Source: Raillietiella orientalis (Eukaryota). Taken from it: a DNA stretch of 64,000 nt. Made by a program: the position numbers and the translations under genes. Position 1 is the stretch's first letter; the number at the start of each line of letters is the position of its first letter. The stretch is taken from positions 1,798,001-1,862,000 of the forward strand of contig JAYWIR010000008.1 of the NCBI GenBank assembly GCA_036172245.1, given 5' to 3'. A model generated the notes under the pieces. It did not search any database. It saw nothing but the letters and a program-made list of their open reading frames with translations, and had not been told where the DNA came from. Positions 26,341 to 39,350 of the stretch are shown here, one piece after another.

Positions 26341-26950
26341 GTTACAGAGTGCGTCTCAAAAGCAAGAGGGAACAGTCTGCATTGAGCAGGGAGTATGGGT
26401 CAGGTGGACTGATGGCCAGTCGTCCGCCTTGCCCTCAATATGCACAGTTTATCAATTTATTCTTCTTTATCTTCTGCAGGTCCAATTGCTTGCTGGTCAG
26501 TATCTCCTCTGTACCATGTATTTTAGCATGAAGGTGTAAAATACCTGTTTCATGCACGCCATTGTGGCCATGACAGTGAGAGCGTAGATATACACGATAC
26601 ACTCGACTGGCTCACCTATGTACTTCTTCAACTTCTCCTTCAACTTTATTTTTGATAAGTAAACACCCCAGAATGACCATGCAGGAGGAGCTGTACTTCC
26701 GCTGGTGCGCTGAAGTCTCTGCAATTGAGAATGTCACTTCCATGCTTTCAAGTGAAGGCATTACCAAGGGATGAGCCAACCGCTTTCGTGAGAGCTCAAG
26801 TGAGGTCGCCACGCAAAGTCCCTTAGGGTGCGGAGGGCTTCTAGCGGGATTGGGAGCGCATCGCAGGCTCTCTGAGCCTCCCATATGACAACCTTCCCAG
26901 GACTCAATGCAATGCATCTCCATCGTGTAGGCACCATCGATGGCGCAAAT
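26340..26950 (-). pseudogene. Decayed PLS-class PPR segment, paralogous to 27408-27506
   Basis: HCHGHNGVHETGILHLHAKIHGTEEILTSK (cf. AYAHNGxxxEAxxLFxKMxxEGIxP); about 100 bp of nucleotide homology to the + strand segment. Confidence 0.45.
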
Positions 26951-27249
26951 GATGCCCTAATGGAGTGCGAGCCACCTTGCTGGCCAACGCGTCCGGCTGT
27001 TCACTGTGGATGAACGGTCTATGGAAACTTTTCCGAGGCCACGATGACGAACCGGAGTTCCTCCTGCTGACTTTCGTGCGCTGCAGCGTGATAGGGACGG
27101 AACGACGTAGGAGGCAGGAATCCTAAAGAGACAGACGAAAAATTGGGAAGCTCCTGGAAGCTGCATCAGAGATGAAAAAGGTTTATCTGGCAAACCTTTG
27201 CCTTCCGAAGCTCCTGTGGCACAACCATCGCGGAACTTGTCCTGCGCCC

Positions 27250-28056
27250 TTGCCAGTTTATATTAGAGCAGCACTCTTCGTTGCCTTGAATTTGTAGATG
27301 TAGGAGAAATCGTGGGAGTAGCTCCCATGCCTGCTTGTCAGCCTTCGCTAGGCGCTACCTGCAAAGGGCAATTTCAGGGAGTTCGCCGATTGCCTGACGG
27401 GACCGGCAGTTGAAGGAGATGGGTGGGCCAGTCGAGTGTATCGCCATGGCGCACTCATCGTCATGGTCACAACGGCGTGCATGAAACAGGAGTTTTACGC
27501 CTTCATAACGGTGCAGCAGTCTGACCTCCCCATCTTCTTTACAAGTGCGCGATTCCGGGGGGAGATTTCTCATCTAAACCCGCGAGTTTTTCTGATTCCT
27601 TTTTCGAAAGGCGAAAGCGAGAGATTGATTGCAGGAAGATCACCGGTCGAAAGGGTGAAAGAAGGGAGAAACTTCCGCAGAAGGGGCTTTTGCCTGCAGC
27701 GCCAGATGGCTCTTCCTGCTCCTCAGTTGATCGAGGATGGCAGATTGCAGCGGAAGAGAAGCGATTCAGCTGACTGGGGCAACCTGCCACGTATCCTTCG
27801 GAGATCCCAGGCAGGAAAAACTCCTTCCGATCGTGGCACCATTTTTAGTTCTTCCATCCTTTATCCATTCCACAGCTGGCAAATTCTCTACCAGCTGTGG
27901 AGAAGATGAAATCACGTGGTTCCAGGAGAAAACTGCTTTTTTTCTTCCTAGTGATGTTTCCACAAAAACGATATCTCGAAGTCTCTCTAAAGACTTCAGA
28001 AGTGACATGGATGCCCACAGGCTCTTGTGACACACCTAAAGAAGAAAAAAAAAAAA
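27250..28056 (+). pseudogene. Decayed PLS-class PPR segment ending in A12
   Basis: HGHNGVHET, LIAGRSPVERVKEG, SADWGNL, ILYQLWRR*NHVVPGENCFFSS; A12 at 28045-28056. Confidence 0.5.
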
Positions 28057-28175
28057 GCCACGAATTGTTTTTTAAGGGACAGTTTGTAGCTAAAGAAATC
28101 GATCTCTGTGACTGCCCATCCCTGGTCATGCCAGAACGCTTGCTGTAACTTGTAGCAGTAAACTCACACAAGAAA

Positions 28176-30770
28176 ATGAAACAGCGCAGAGTACGATATG
28201 AATTCTTACGAGCTTGCGGGAAGTCAGCAGCTGGAATGATGTCCGCTTCGGGGACGAGAGGAAAATGTACTAAATAAAGAAATATTCAACTTTCTATGTG
28301 AGTGGGGACACGTGAGGAAGGGTCACAAATCACAGGTACCCTCAGGTGCTCTGCATCCTGCTCAGGATGCTAGAAAATTTCACCCTTAAATTCACTAAAT
28401 CAGACCGTTTTACTGCCCCTTAGAAGGAGATCATTTTGTTGATGGCATCTCACAGTTTCTTGGCTGCCTCCTGCAATTTTGCAGCAGTCCATCCACTTTG
28501 CTTGTAAACAAATGAGATGAAATCCCACAGAGAATCATCTGCTAAAGTCCATTGTCCTCAGTAGGGTTTCGTGAAGACCGTAATAAGACAGTCCTGTTGC
28601 TCAGGTCATTCACAAGCAGTCAGATTATAGAAAGAGATGCGTCATTGGTTCCGAAAGGAGCACCAACTTCTTGGAGATCCCGAAGAGACATGACCACTGT
28701 CGGTCAGATTCTTGCACTGGAAGATGGCATCATCACCAACGACCCGTGAGCGTGGTACTTGCTGTCTCCGGCTGCTAGGAGTCAGCCACTGCTGCGATTT
28801 ACGTGACACATAAGTGACGTTCTGCTGGCCACGTGGTTTCTAGATGATGGAAATCCGACTTCCATTTGATAATTGTTAGCGCGCTTCTTAGCCCATTCAG
28901 TGCTCTGTTCCTAGATTGACCTTTCGCCCTATGAGGCTTCATGGAGGCTTTTGTTCCACATACCCTCCCTGTGATTCGGAATCAGTTTAAAAATCCATTC
29001 CAAAGTTTGATGACGTTTCCTTGCGGTCCTGGTTGTGCCGGTTGTTTGCTTCATTTTGAGCAACCTGAATTTCGGATTGGCACAAGTAGCTTCACAGCTA
29101 CCACGGTTCAGTTCAGTGAGAGGATCTACTAAGATCTGCTTTGAAATTGAACTTTCTAGTCGAGATTCACGTTCTCGAGGAGCGCTCAGATATGGAAGGT
29201 TGGTGCATACATAATCCTTGATCCTCTTGTTGCCTGGAATTGGTAATTTGTCCTCTTTGCAAAATGTGGCTTAAACAGGAGAAAAAATACGTGGAGATAA
29301 ATTAGGCTCCAGTGTCACTTGCTCACTTGGCCTCGGCTGGCCCCCCTGGTCGTAAGTAAGATGGAAGAAACCTTTGATCATGCTGTCTGGAGTCTAACTC
29401 TGGCGATGAAAAACTGCATGCTTTGAGATGTTGGCGTCACTCTCGCTGAAGTTATTGATCAAAAAGCAGCAGTTCGCCTCACTCATCCACTTGCGGAGGA
29501 TGAAGTCCTGTTTGCAAAGTGGACATGCAAGAGGTATCCACCGTGATCTTTTAGCCAAAGCAGCTCAGATCCGCCTTGAGAATCTTTACTTTTCCTTCTT
29601 CAGGGGTGCGCCAAGATTGACTTCCTCACTGACGAATCCCATACATGTAGCGGCTGTGAGCAGGAGCTGGAAGGGTCAGGATTTTCTAAAGGTGCTTTGC
29701 GTCCTGAGAGAGGGCTGCGTCGAATCACGGAAACTGATGAAGTTCGATCGTTTGAGTCATTTCATATCTTATGCATAGAGTGAGATCAGTTTCCAGAACC
29801 GCTTGGGGCAACCGTGCAACTCACTAAAGGGAATGAAAAGCGAAAATCATCGAATGACCCTCACCTGTGGCGCCTGGAGGTCACGTTTCTTTCAACTTCT
29901 TTGCCTTTGAGATGTTGCTGTTTGCGTTCCAGTCTTCAGAATTTTTTGAGACTGCGAGATGCCTTCCTTCATTGAGCTCATTAATGAAATGATGCCCAGC
30001 CCGTGGTCCACTGGAATTTCTCCTTCACTGCCAATCCTTCCAGTTTTCATCAGATGAATTTTGCGCATCGACCGTGAAATGTCAGCTCCTCCTGAACTCC
30101 GACTTTTTGTTTCCTGTGGTTGTCAAACGGCCATTCCTGCAGACTTTGTCGTCGTCCTTGGAAGAGCATAGCCTGAGCATGGAGTGTGAGCTGAACCATT
30201 GCCGCGAGACCAGTGGCAACGACGTTTGGCAACGCTCTGAGTGTCATCAGTTCAAGCCATGCAGACTTCTGTTGCATGAGCTGCACCCATCCCAACCTAG
30301 CCCATTGAAGACTCCAGGGAAACCGTCCAGCATCAGAAAAAGATGTTAGGAGAGACAACAGTGCGAAACAGAAGGAGTGGATTCTGACGTGCTGCTCCTC
30401 CCGAAAGAATTTCAGTCTCCTTGAGACACAGTAATTAATGCAGAACTGTACCCAAGAGGCTCCAGAAAGACCACACAATACGTAAGAGCTCTGCAGATAG
30501 AAGTTTCTTGCGACGACCTTCTTTGCAGCACTCCAGGTACGTAAGATCCTTCTTTTTCTACAAAGAAACCACCGTCCACACTCAAGACTACCTACATCTG
30601 GTCGGTCCACGTTGCTGGTGGCTGTGTACAGTACCATGTTGCTCATTTTTATCTTTCCTTGTGCTACTGACTGATGACCTAACAAAGAACGAAGTGGGTT
30701 GTTGGGTGATGTCGATGAGATTTCCTCCCTTCTGTCTTCTGTCTCTTTTGCTTGAGTTCCTTCTGGTGGC
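28176..30770 (+). pseudogene. Decayed PLS-class PPR gene, possibly with E/DYW remnant
   Basis: FLRACGKS, GFREDRNKTVLLLRSF, GALRYGRLVH, LFAKCG...LLTW, ARGIHRDL, EVTFLST, VVLGRA, DVWQ. Possible DYW remnant CVQYHVA...RFPPF...CLFCLSSFW. Confidence 0.7.
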
Positions 30771-30849
30771 ACAAAGGACAAGTAAGCTTACTTCGCGAAT
30801 CCAATGAGTCCAGCTGCACCTTCACGGAGTGGGAAGCGAGCCCCAGATC

Positions 30850-31650
30850 TCAGAGGAAGCAGACTTCCAGATCAGTGGATGCGCAGGAGGATTGGAGTCA
30901 TGCAGAAGAAATTTTTAGTAGGAAGAAAAGGATTACAGAAGAAGCTCTTTTTAGGAAGGTCTGAGAACTGCTGAACACATTTTGGATCCCGCAGGAAGAT
31001 CCGCAAACCAATCTATGAGGAAGAACTAGTCTGTTCTTCCAGAGCAAACCTGAGAGCAAGAGTGGAGCTGGAGATTCAGAGAGGGAAAAATCTGGAGGTT
31101 CCTAGGCTCGTTTTTAAGCATCATTCGCAGCGTGCCCGCATCGTTAGTGGAGTGGGGAAGAATGAACGAGTGGAAGACGGAAGGATGGAAGCTGCGGGAA
31201 TGCTTCCTCTGCAGGAGCCACACCTAGAAAGAGGGACACTAAACTGTGTCACTCCAGGAGAGCGATCCCATTCAGCACTGAATACAGAGAGCAAGCTTTG
31301 CTCTGCGCGAGAGAATGCTCGAGGAAGTGAGCACGATACTATGAGGGGGACAGCACCCACCTGAAAGGAAGGAAGAGGTTCAGCGGTCTTAAGTAGAGCG
31401 GTCCGACCAGATCCACTCAGAGGATAGCGGCGGCATTCTTCCAAATAGCCACCCTATAGTCACAGAGGAAAACGGAAGACGAAGGGAAGGAGCCTTCAGC
31501 CTTGCTGACCGAAACTTGCCCGTTGGGTCATTGCTGGCAGAGGGTTTTGGCGTTGGTCGAGTCCTGGTGCACACGGCTCGACGGAAGAAGCGGACAAAGC
31601 TGCTCTTAAAAAGGAAAAGAAGAGGAAAGGAGTGTAAGGGTACTTTCTGG
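30850..31650 (+). pseudogene. Decayed PLS-class PPR segment
   Basis: HAEEIFSRKKR, GKNLEVPRLVFKH..RIVSGVGKNERVED, CVTPGERSHSAL, VLSRAV. Confidence 0.45.
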
Positions 31651-32559
31651 AAACAGCATGAAGGCCTCGAATGGGTCTTCTGCACCATTTGATTTTACCA
31701 GACGCTTAAACACTGGTACCTTCCTCTTCTTCTTCGAAGCGAAAAAAGACATCGACGTCATCACTCCTGAGGGAGGAAGATGGGAAGGCACCGTAGGGGA
31801 AGACGCATTTTCCTGTCCCTTATGCCACCACTTCTCTGCACGCTCACATGCGCACGTTGTACTGGTGCGTAAGTAAACCGGATGATAAACATCCCATCTG
31901 CTGCAGAGACTGGGAAGGCCGCGGAAGCACCACAGGCTTCAGAGTGGTCAATCGGCAGGTTTTTGATGTTTTCGCCTTCTCATTTCGATCTCCATTCCTT
32001 TTTTCCCCTTTTCTCCCACCTTTGAAAAAGGGAAGGAAAAATTATCCTCAAGGGCCACTGTTCTGGATAGAGAAACGCCTTTCGGAGAGCACCCTCGCGG
32101 TGCTTCCGACCTGTACGTGAAGGAGTCAGAAGAAACCTCTTCTCCTTTCCATCCCTCTCTCACCTCTTGCGCTCGAGCTCCCCGTCCCCGATCATGCGGG
32201 GAGAGAGGAAGGGAGAGAGAAAACTCCTAGCCTCCTGGCCACCCATCTGGTGATGGGATCATCCCTTCCAGATTCGGGGAAGCCCCATCTGCCTTCGTTA
32301 TCTTCAAACGGGAGGTAGGCGCATCTTTGAGGCGCGAGACCCTCGCAGCAGGATCCCTCTTGGAAGATGTCGCTGGCAGGGTCGAGGCAGAGGAAGCATT
32401 GAACAGCGGGAGGAAAGAAAGAAGAGCACGTTCTTCCCGGTCGGATCTGCCTGGGAAAAAGAGTTCGTGTGGGACGCATTCCCCGCGGATGGGCTGGAAG
32501 GGAAGAAGGGGAGAGAGGGAGGGAACACGTAGATGATCCCGGCGGGAAGCTGCGACGTG

Positions 32560-32980
32560 CGCGCGCCAAGAGAAGAAAACGAGGCTACTGGCGCCGTCAG
32601 GATGCTCCTTTCGTTCTCGGCTAGAAAAATAGGGCGCTTCCCAGGAGACGTGCAGTCTCGTGGAGGGGGCGCGGATTCGACGGCGCTGCGTTGCCTAGCA
32701 ACCCGGGAGATCGGGAGGTAGAGAGGCAGAACCGAATCGAAATGCCGGAATTCGCCTCTCGGCCGCCGTCCGCAGCAGCGCCCGGAGTGGGGCGGACGGG
32801 GAGGGGGGGCTCGGAGCTGGCGTCCGTCCACCTGCGTCGCCGACTTCGTTCTTCCGGGTGGTCCAATCGGAACGCCGACCCAGAGCGCGGGACGGCAGCT
32901 GCGACCCCACGCACCTTACCTTTGCCCACACCTCGGAAAATCGCCACCCTGCGGCCGAAATTCCGGACCCAGAGGTTCCC
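32560..32980. promoter_or_regulatory. GC/CpG-rich promoter-like island
   Basis: CpG-dense; GGGGCGG GC-box (~32788), CCAAT (~32863), palindrome GTTGCCTAGCAAC (32690-32702). No associated intact gene identified. Confidence 0.3.
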
Positions 32981-35559
32981 CGTACGCCACGAGAAATTCT
33001 ATCTTCTTCTCTCCCGTTCTGACTGCTCTCCCTCTCCTCCCCAAACTCCAAGGAATGCCTCCCTCTTGCTCGTGGGAGAGAGACGAGAAGCTTCAGCTCT
33101 GTGGTCGGGAGCATCCTTTCCCTCGAAGGAGGCCTTGCAGGCACGCTGGATATCTCAATGACGCCGCTGGAACTTGCTCCGCGAGTGCCCTTTCTCGCAG
33201 CTTCTTGCGTCCGTCCCTCTTCCTCCACGGCGTTCGCTCCATCGTATGGTCGTGGTCGGGCAATGCTTTTGGATCACAGGGCGCAGACGAGCTTTCCAGG
33301 ACGCTCGTGGCCGATTCAGGGAGAGAACCGCTGGGAAATTCCGTCTTCCTCAGCGGACGGAAAAGAAGACTCCAATATGCAGGGGTTCTCCGTAGGAGGA
33401 AGAAGATCTGAAAACAAGGATGTCAGGAAATGGCAGCAGGAAAGTCGTGAAAGGGAATCTTTCCCTAACGGCGCTCGGAAGTCCTAGATTTCGCCAAGTC
33501 ACCCAGAAGTCACCGATGACCTTTCTCCTATCTGTCTCCCATTTCCCTTCCACAGTGACCCTTTTAAAACAGGGCCTGTTGTCAAGTATGCGACGGCACC
33601 ACGAGGGATGCCAAGTCCCCAGCGTTCACGAATTTCCCCTCCATTCCCAATGCTGCGCCCCTGCAGACTCTCTTGGAGGCCACGACCCTCCTGCTTCCGA
33701 AAAAGGTCCGGCTCTATCCCACGACAGCAACCGTCGCTCCCATAGACCAGACAACCTTCGGTTAAAGCGGCTCACGGTCGCCGCACTTTCCAATGCAGAG
33801 GCGCTCAGTCAGAGGCGAAATGCGAAGTTCTGGGAGCGGCACCGAGAAGCACGTGGCTCCTCTAGCCAGATCCATCTTTCCTTCCACCCTTGCGGACCAA
33901 ACGCATTCTCCCTGTCATTCGCGGTGTCTGTCTCAGCAAGCTACGTTTCATTTCTTCCCATCCTGAGAGGGGGTCCATGGAGCTGCATCATCGCCTGCGG
34001 GCATGCAGCAAAACGATACCGCTGACGAGGATGTGACAGAAAGAGGCACGGCTCCTATTCCTTCCCCTACTTCTTTTCCTTGTTTCTACGAGTGAGGAAA
34101 CAGAGGATCCCCAAAACGGATCGCGTCTAGGGATATGTGCCCTCGCATGACCCTTGCTCACTCTCCCCGCGATGCAAGAGGGAACTGGGGAGAAACTCGT
34201 CCTCATTCGTAGGCAGAGGCAAAGCTTGAGATCTTCGCTCTGCTACCGACCCCACTGGAAACGGAAAATTCTAGTAGATTCCTTGCTCTCGACTCTCTCT
34301 GCATCTTTGGAATTTCTCAGCCTAACTCCAGAGACTTCTCCAAGTCATCCGCATCCTGAAGGGAGGATAGTGGGAGGCTCAGTCGGAGACGAAATGGATG
34401 AGTGGGAGCGTTTGCATGGTGTCCCAGATGAGAAACTGCTCTTCCAAAACCCCTGTTTCTGTGCTGGGGTGCTTTCCGACTGAGCAAAACGTTTGAAAGA
34501 AGGAGAGGAGAAGAAGAGGAGGAAGAGTAGAGAAGGAAGGGCGGAGAAAGAAGGGAGGAGTTTGAGAGGGAGTGAAAGGAAAATGTGGAGGATGAGAACA
34601 GCATTTGCTTCATCATCCAATGAGGATCGTGGGAAGCTCCTGGGAACCTATTTTCCGTGCTGCCTTCCTCTGAGGTGCTCGCAAACCTGACCGTGTACCT
34701 CCCATCTACAGGCGCCCTCATTTCTCGTTCACCAAAGTTTCGGGAAGGTTGGTTCCGAAGAACTGAAAAGAGGAATACCGCGTGAACCCTCCGTGGCCCA
34801 TTCCGCTCAGCGGTCGAGAAAGGGGTGAAGGGCCGCCCCATGCCGCATGGTGTCTCCAGCCTCTTCCTGAGGCAAGCACTAATTAAATTGAGGCGAAGAA
34901 GCCTCAGTTCGGATGTCGTGGAGTGATTACACTCCAAAGATTCGGAAGGGCTGCCAGCCAGGGGTCCTAGAAGCTTTCTGGACGGACATCCGTCTCACAG
35001 AGACGTGAAAGGAATGAGTCGCAATTCTATATCTCTCTGCCTTACCACTCCGTGAACGAGAGCGCAGGTGTACCTGGAGGACCGTGGGGCATCGCATGAA
35101 TTTCGAGAAGGAGGAGACTCTAGTTTGTCCTTAGCGTATAGTAGCAGCGGAGTTGACTATCTTCGTTCGCTGCCAAGATAGCAGAGCTCCCATGGATGCA
35201 GGTAGAGAAGACGTGCAGTGCTTCCGTGCTCTCGGTCTCACTCTCCGGGGATCCAGCAGGAGTAACCCTCAGGGGCTTTGGACACTGGTTCAAAGTCCAT
35301 TCCTCCTCTTCCTTCTCTTGCTCCCGCCTCCATCACTCCATGCTTTCACTCCTTGCTTCGTGGTAGCATTTGGTCCAGCTGTAGGCAGGAGCTTTCCAAC
35401 GAGCAACTTGCGAGAAACCCATCCGCTGCCACACCTCCACAGAAGAGAAAAGGCGAAGAAACGGAAAAGGGAAGTGAGGAAAGAGAATGGAAATTTCAGG
35501 CCTTTTTTTTTTTTCAACCATGCGTCTGTTTTCATCCGTTCACGCCGGAGTGCCTCCAT

Positions 35560-36180
35560 TCTGGGACTCCTGTAGGTGGTGCTGGAATGAGAATGGCTGC
35601 ATCAGGGACAGCAGCGCATCAGTCGAAGCACTTCGGTTCCACGGTACCTTCCCTGGAGGTCTCTTTAGGGAGAAGTCCACGTCCTTAGGCTTGCCTGCCA
35701 CCTCGTCGCCCGCGATTCCCTGCCACATACGAGCAGCAATGGCTGCTGGAATGGAGAAAGAAGGAATGCGGCACATATCCCGGCGAGACACCGACAAACA
35801 TGCTCGCCTCCTACATGCATAGGGAGGAGAAATGGCCCAATCCGGGAAGAAAGGTACAAGGGCCGCGTCGAATGCTTGCTGGCAGACCGGCGCGACTCCG
35901 ATGAACACGCCTTCCACCCTCTTCCGTCTGTTTCATGTCCCATGCAGACCCTCGGGAATCAAGTAGGATACGGCAAAGGCTGTCCATCCCATTCCCTATT
36001 TATTTATTGTCCTCTCCCTTTACTCCTTCCTAGGTCTATCCTTTGAGTTTGGACGACGCATGTCGACCTTTTTCTGTCTAAGACCATGTAATTTGATTTC
36101 TTCATTTCAAAGAAACGGCCCTATATCCAAGATGAGAAGATCATGCCAGGTGTTCATTCATAAAATAAAATAAACAAATT
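35560..36180 (+). mobile_element. LINE 3' end fragment with 3' UTR
   Basis: IPCHIRAAMAA...REEKWPNP matches the family C-terminus; 3' UTR 35945-36100 aligns with the reverse complement of 61100-61265. Confidence 0.6.
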
Positions 36181-36199
36181 GGGAATCCTTTCTTAAGAG

Positions 36200-38230
36200 A
36201 AGAAGCAAGTTCGAAGCGAGGGGTCACCGATGTGCAGGTCGGTCTCAGAGGAGGCCCTGATCGCGAGGGAAGAGAGACGATAAATAGTTAAAAAGGAAGG
36301 GACCTTCCCTTCGTTCCCAGGACCAGCGCACAATGCAAGCGATCTCCTTGGAGACCTTCTTCCAGATGGAGGCCACCTCACTGCAGTCCTCTTGAAGCGG
36401 ATGCCAAGCGGGTGAGCTCCCGTCGCTGAGCCCGCGGCTCCGGCGGGTAGCGCGCTGTGACGATGCGCGGATGCAACATGTCATTGCAATCATGGTGCCT
36501 ATCAAGAGTCCGCTGCGCGCGAAAAACCGCCAGCAATTCTCGGGAGGTGTCTTCCGGCTGCAGTGGCACTGAATTCGGCTTCTGCTACAGTTCCTAAAAG
36601 ACATAGCAGTTCGTCAACAGATGCAGAAACTGTTGGGTCATCCTGCATCTGGAAAAGTTGGTGCAAGCGAGTCTGCCGGAAATGAGATGCCGGTACCCGT
36701 GACGCCGAAATTTCCAGTGAAGTGAAGTCAACCACCTCGTGCTTCCACTCATGCAGAGCACCGAAGCGCCCAAGAACAAAGAAAGGGCCACAAGTTCTTC
36801 GGAGAATACTGAACAGTCCCCCGCACTGAAGCTGTCCTTTGGTCCGGGAACGTGGAGTGTTGAAGCTCGCCCCTTAGGCCTTCCAGCAGTCAAGAAGTTT
36901 CATCACTTCCTCAGTGGTGAAGAAGGACTTTCACCATCGTGAATAGGTAGCTGCAGTTGCTTGCCCTTAGGAAAGACAACACTATGGCAAGAATTGTGGT
37001 GGCCAAACGGGAGCATTTCGTCGATCGCAAACCCACTGGAAGAAGTCTTTCATCTGACAATGCCATGAAACATCTCAGGGAACGAAGTTTCCATGGTCTC
37101 GCTTTCAGGGTTGCAACCCAGGCATCTACCTGCTCCTGCCACCACGCATTTTTCAGTTTTTTAGACGACAGGAGAAGCAGTGGCATTTGTCAAAAGTGTG
37201 CCATTTGTCTCAACGGGAGACCAAATCCCTTCATCATGTATCGGCAGGATGGCAACAGGGAAGGAAGTCTTTCGGAGCCTAAGCAATGCCGAAGGATAAG
37301 GCGTGCAGGCACACAATAGAGGGATATTCACAATTTTTCTCAAAGTTCCATTCTCTGAACCTGCTCTTGCAGTTCGATATTCTCCAGCGTCAAGGCTCAT
37401 CGTGAGGTAGTGCCATCCAGTCACTCAAAATCATCCTAGACCTCGCAGTTTCCTACGGAGCTTTCCTCAGCAGACTTTGCTTCCCAAGCTTTGCCAAATT
37501 GGAGGATCAGCACACAAGAGGCAGGCTTCGAAGAAGGGGACAGCAAAGATGCTACAAATAATGGTCTATCCTGGCGAGAGGAACCTTCGATCGAGGAACG
37601 GGCCAAGAGGTTTGGAAACCGTTTGGAAGAAGCTGCACCACGCTTCCGCAAGGCAGTAGTCGCCCAGGTACTCCAAGCAATTGAATAAGATCCCTGTGGG
37701 GATTCAGTCCGACCATCCCTCCTACCAAGTTCCTACAAGGATGCTCACGGACTCGACATACATGCGCGCTCCTCAACGGATTCGCTCCAGAAAGACCTTG
37801 TGCAGAGCCACCCAGGAGGACATAGGCGGGCAAAGAAGCAGATTGTTGTCCTCGTAGGCTGCTACGGCCAACACGCAGGGGCAGAAGCTCGACAGACTGA
37901 CCAGTATCAGTCTGTACACCTCCAGAACCAATTCAAAGAAGATGCTGAGGAACATAGGGCTTAAACTGTTGCCTTGTGTAACGTGTCTGCGTGCCGGCAC
38001 GCCTTACACTTGGCAATCACTGAAAGAAATACTGATTATCGCACCAGGCTACCAGGAGCGCAAGTAGAACAGCAGATTCCGAGGTGTTCGCCCTCAGGAA
38101 CTCCTTTTGGAGTTCCTGGTTAATGAAGTCGAACACTTCATGCAGATAGACTGCGAGCATCAAAGCTCCCGGTATTTCCACTCGTTGCCGGTTTTCCCGT
38201 CCTGTCGCAGGGACGATGGTAATCCTTTTC
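36200..38230 (-). mobile_element. Decayed L1/Tx1-type LINE ORF2: RT domains 3-7 through zf-RVT
   Basis: YLHEVFDFIN (DxxKAFD-like), RHVTQGNSLSPMFL (RGVRQGDPLSP), AYEDN (YADD), LEYLG...RFLSPG, SRCRMTQQFLHLLTNC, TCCIRA. Confidence 0.85.
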
Positions 38231-38257
38231 TTCTGTCTTCGCTGTTTTCCTTCCAGC

Positions 38258-38850
38258 TTTTTTTTTTTTTTTAAGAGTTTTCTTTTTTTGGTTCGCTAAG
38301 TACCTCAGAGCTGGTCGCGTGCCTAGCGGCGCGCGTGGCTCTTTTTAAACATTAACACACTGTTTTATTTCCACGCCTGTCCGCGGCAACCCGCAGGGGT
38401 GGGCGTGTAATCATTCAGTGTAATATTCTTCGGGATAGGGGGCACCTCAGGATGGGTCCGCCCTATTGAATCCAGGAAGGGCTCGGAGTCCGTTCCTCTC
38501 ACGCTTGGGGAGGAATCTCCCCCGGACGAGGGGGATCTCACCTCCCACCCTGGTTGTCCCCGAAGGGGAACCCCGAAGGGAATCTCTCCTTCCTCATTCT
38601 CTCCAGAGGGACACCCCCGGAAAGGAGGTGGTCCTCTCCATTTCATCTTCTCCGAAGGGAACCCGGAAAGGATCCACTTCTAGGAATTTCTTCTCCGGAG
38701 GGAACCCGCAAGGGAACCGCTCCTTTATTCACTCCTCTGAAGACAAACCCCCGAAGGGGTGCTTCCGAAACTCAGAGGGGGCGCTGCAGCTTCCCGCAGG
38801 GAATCGCTCTCGCTTGCTTCTTTCCTTTGTACACACTCTGTGAAGAGGCG
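38258..38850 (-). mobile_element. Copy B of the SINE-like repeat, with poly(A), lying within a LINE RT
   Basis: Same tandem gagcggttcccttgcgggttccctccggagaagaaa-type units and gaacggactcc block as copies A and C; T15 at 38258-38272. Confidence 0.65.
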
Positions 38851-38949
38851 ACGACTCGGAGGGACCCCCAACAGGGGGGGTCCGCTCCTTTGAACAACTG
38901 GAGAGGTGCCCGTGAGGGCTCCTGCTCCATCTTGAAACCGGAGGCGGTC

Positions 38950-39350
38950 GCTGCTCTGTGGCCGTCTAGTACAACACTATATGCAGCTAAAGCCAGACCC
39001 GTGCCAAGGAAGGTCTTGCACTCATGGACTGCCCTGAAAGGGCATGCTTTTGCTCCGGGCTTACCAAAGAGTCAGTCACGCTTCCAAGCCGTACAGTCCA
39101 GGGCTTCTTGACTCCGAGTCCACCAATACGACCGGACGCCAGCTGTTCAGCTGCATTGGTCTCCTCTTTCCTGCAAGAGACTCTCCATTCTTAAGAGGAA
39201 GGAGGCAGAAGCACCTTCTATCTATTTCTTCAGTGCGTAGAGGCTGAAGAAGGACAAGAAGGCTTGTTCCGCAGCGAAGCATCGAAAGAACTCGGCGGGC
39301 AGGCCATCCACTACCGGTGCTTTCCGCCCTTTGAGTCCTGCGACGGCAAG
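38950..39350 (-). mobile_element. LINE RT domains 0-2 (probably the 5' part of the 36200-38230 element)
   Basis: KAPVVDGLPAEFFR (KAPGPDGxxxEF), LNSWRPVVL (WRPISL), LVSPEQ. Confidence 0.85.

Noticed and set aside
26520..26600. HETGILHLH read as an HUH/geminivirus Rep motif II, or AH..HGHNG..ET as a Gypsy integrase zinc finger
   Set aside because: No Rep motif III, helicase, CxxC or DDE core follows; flanking peptides fit a PPR repeat better.
33100..35150. Possible further PPR relics or an orphan gene (also 47780-48240)
   Set aside because: Only one or two weak motifs each (e.g. RLTVAALSNAEALSQ, ALGNSL); insufficient to call.
38520..38820. CRISPR-like array (also 58705-58997)
   Set aside because: Units are degenerate and contiguous with no unique spacers; no cas genes; eukaryotic context.
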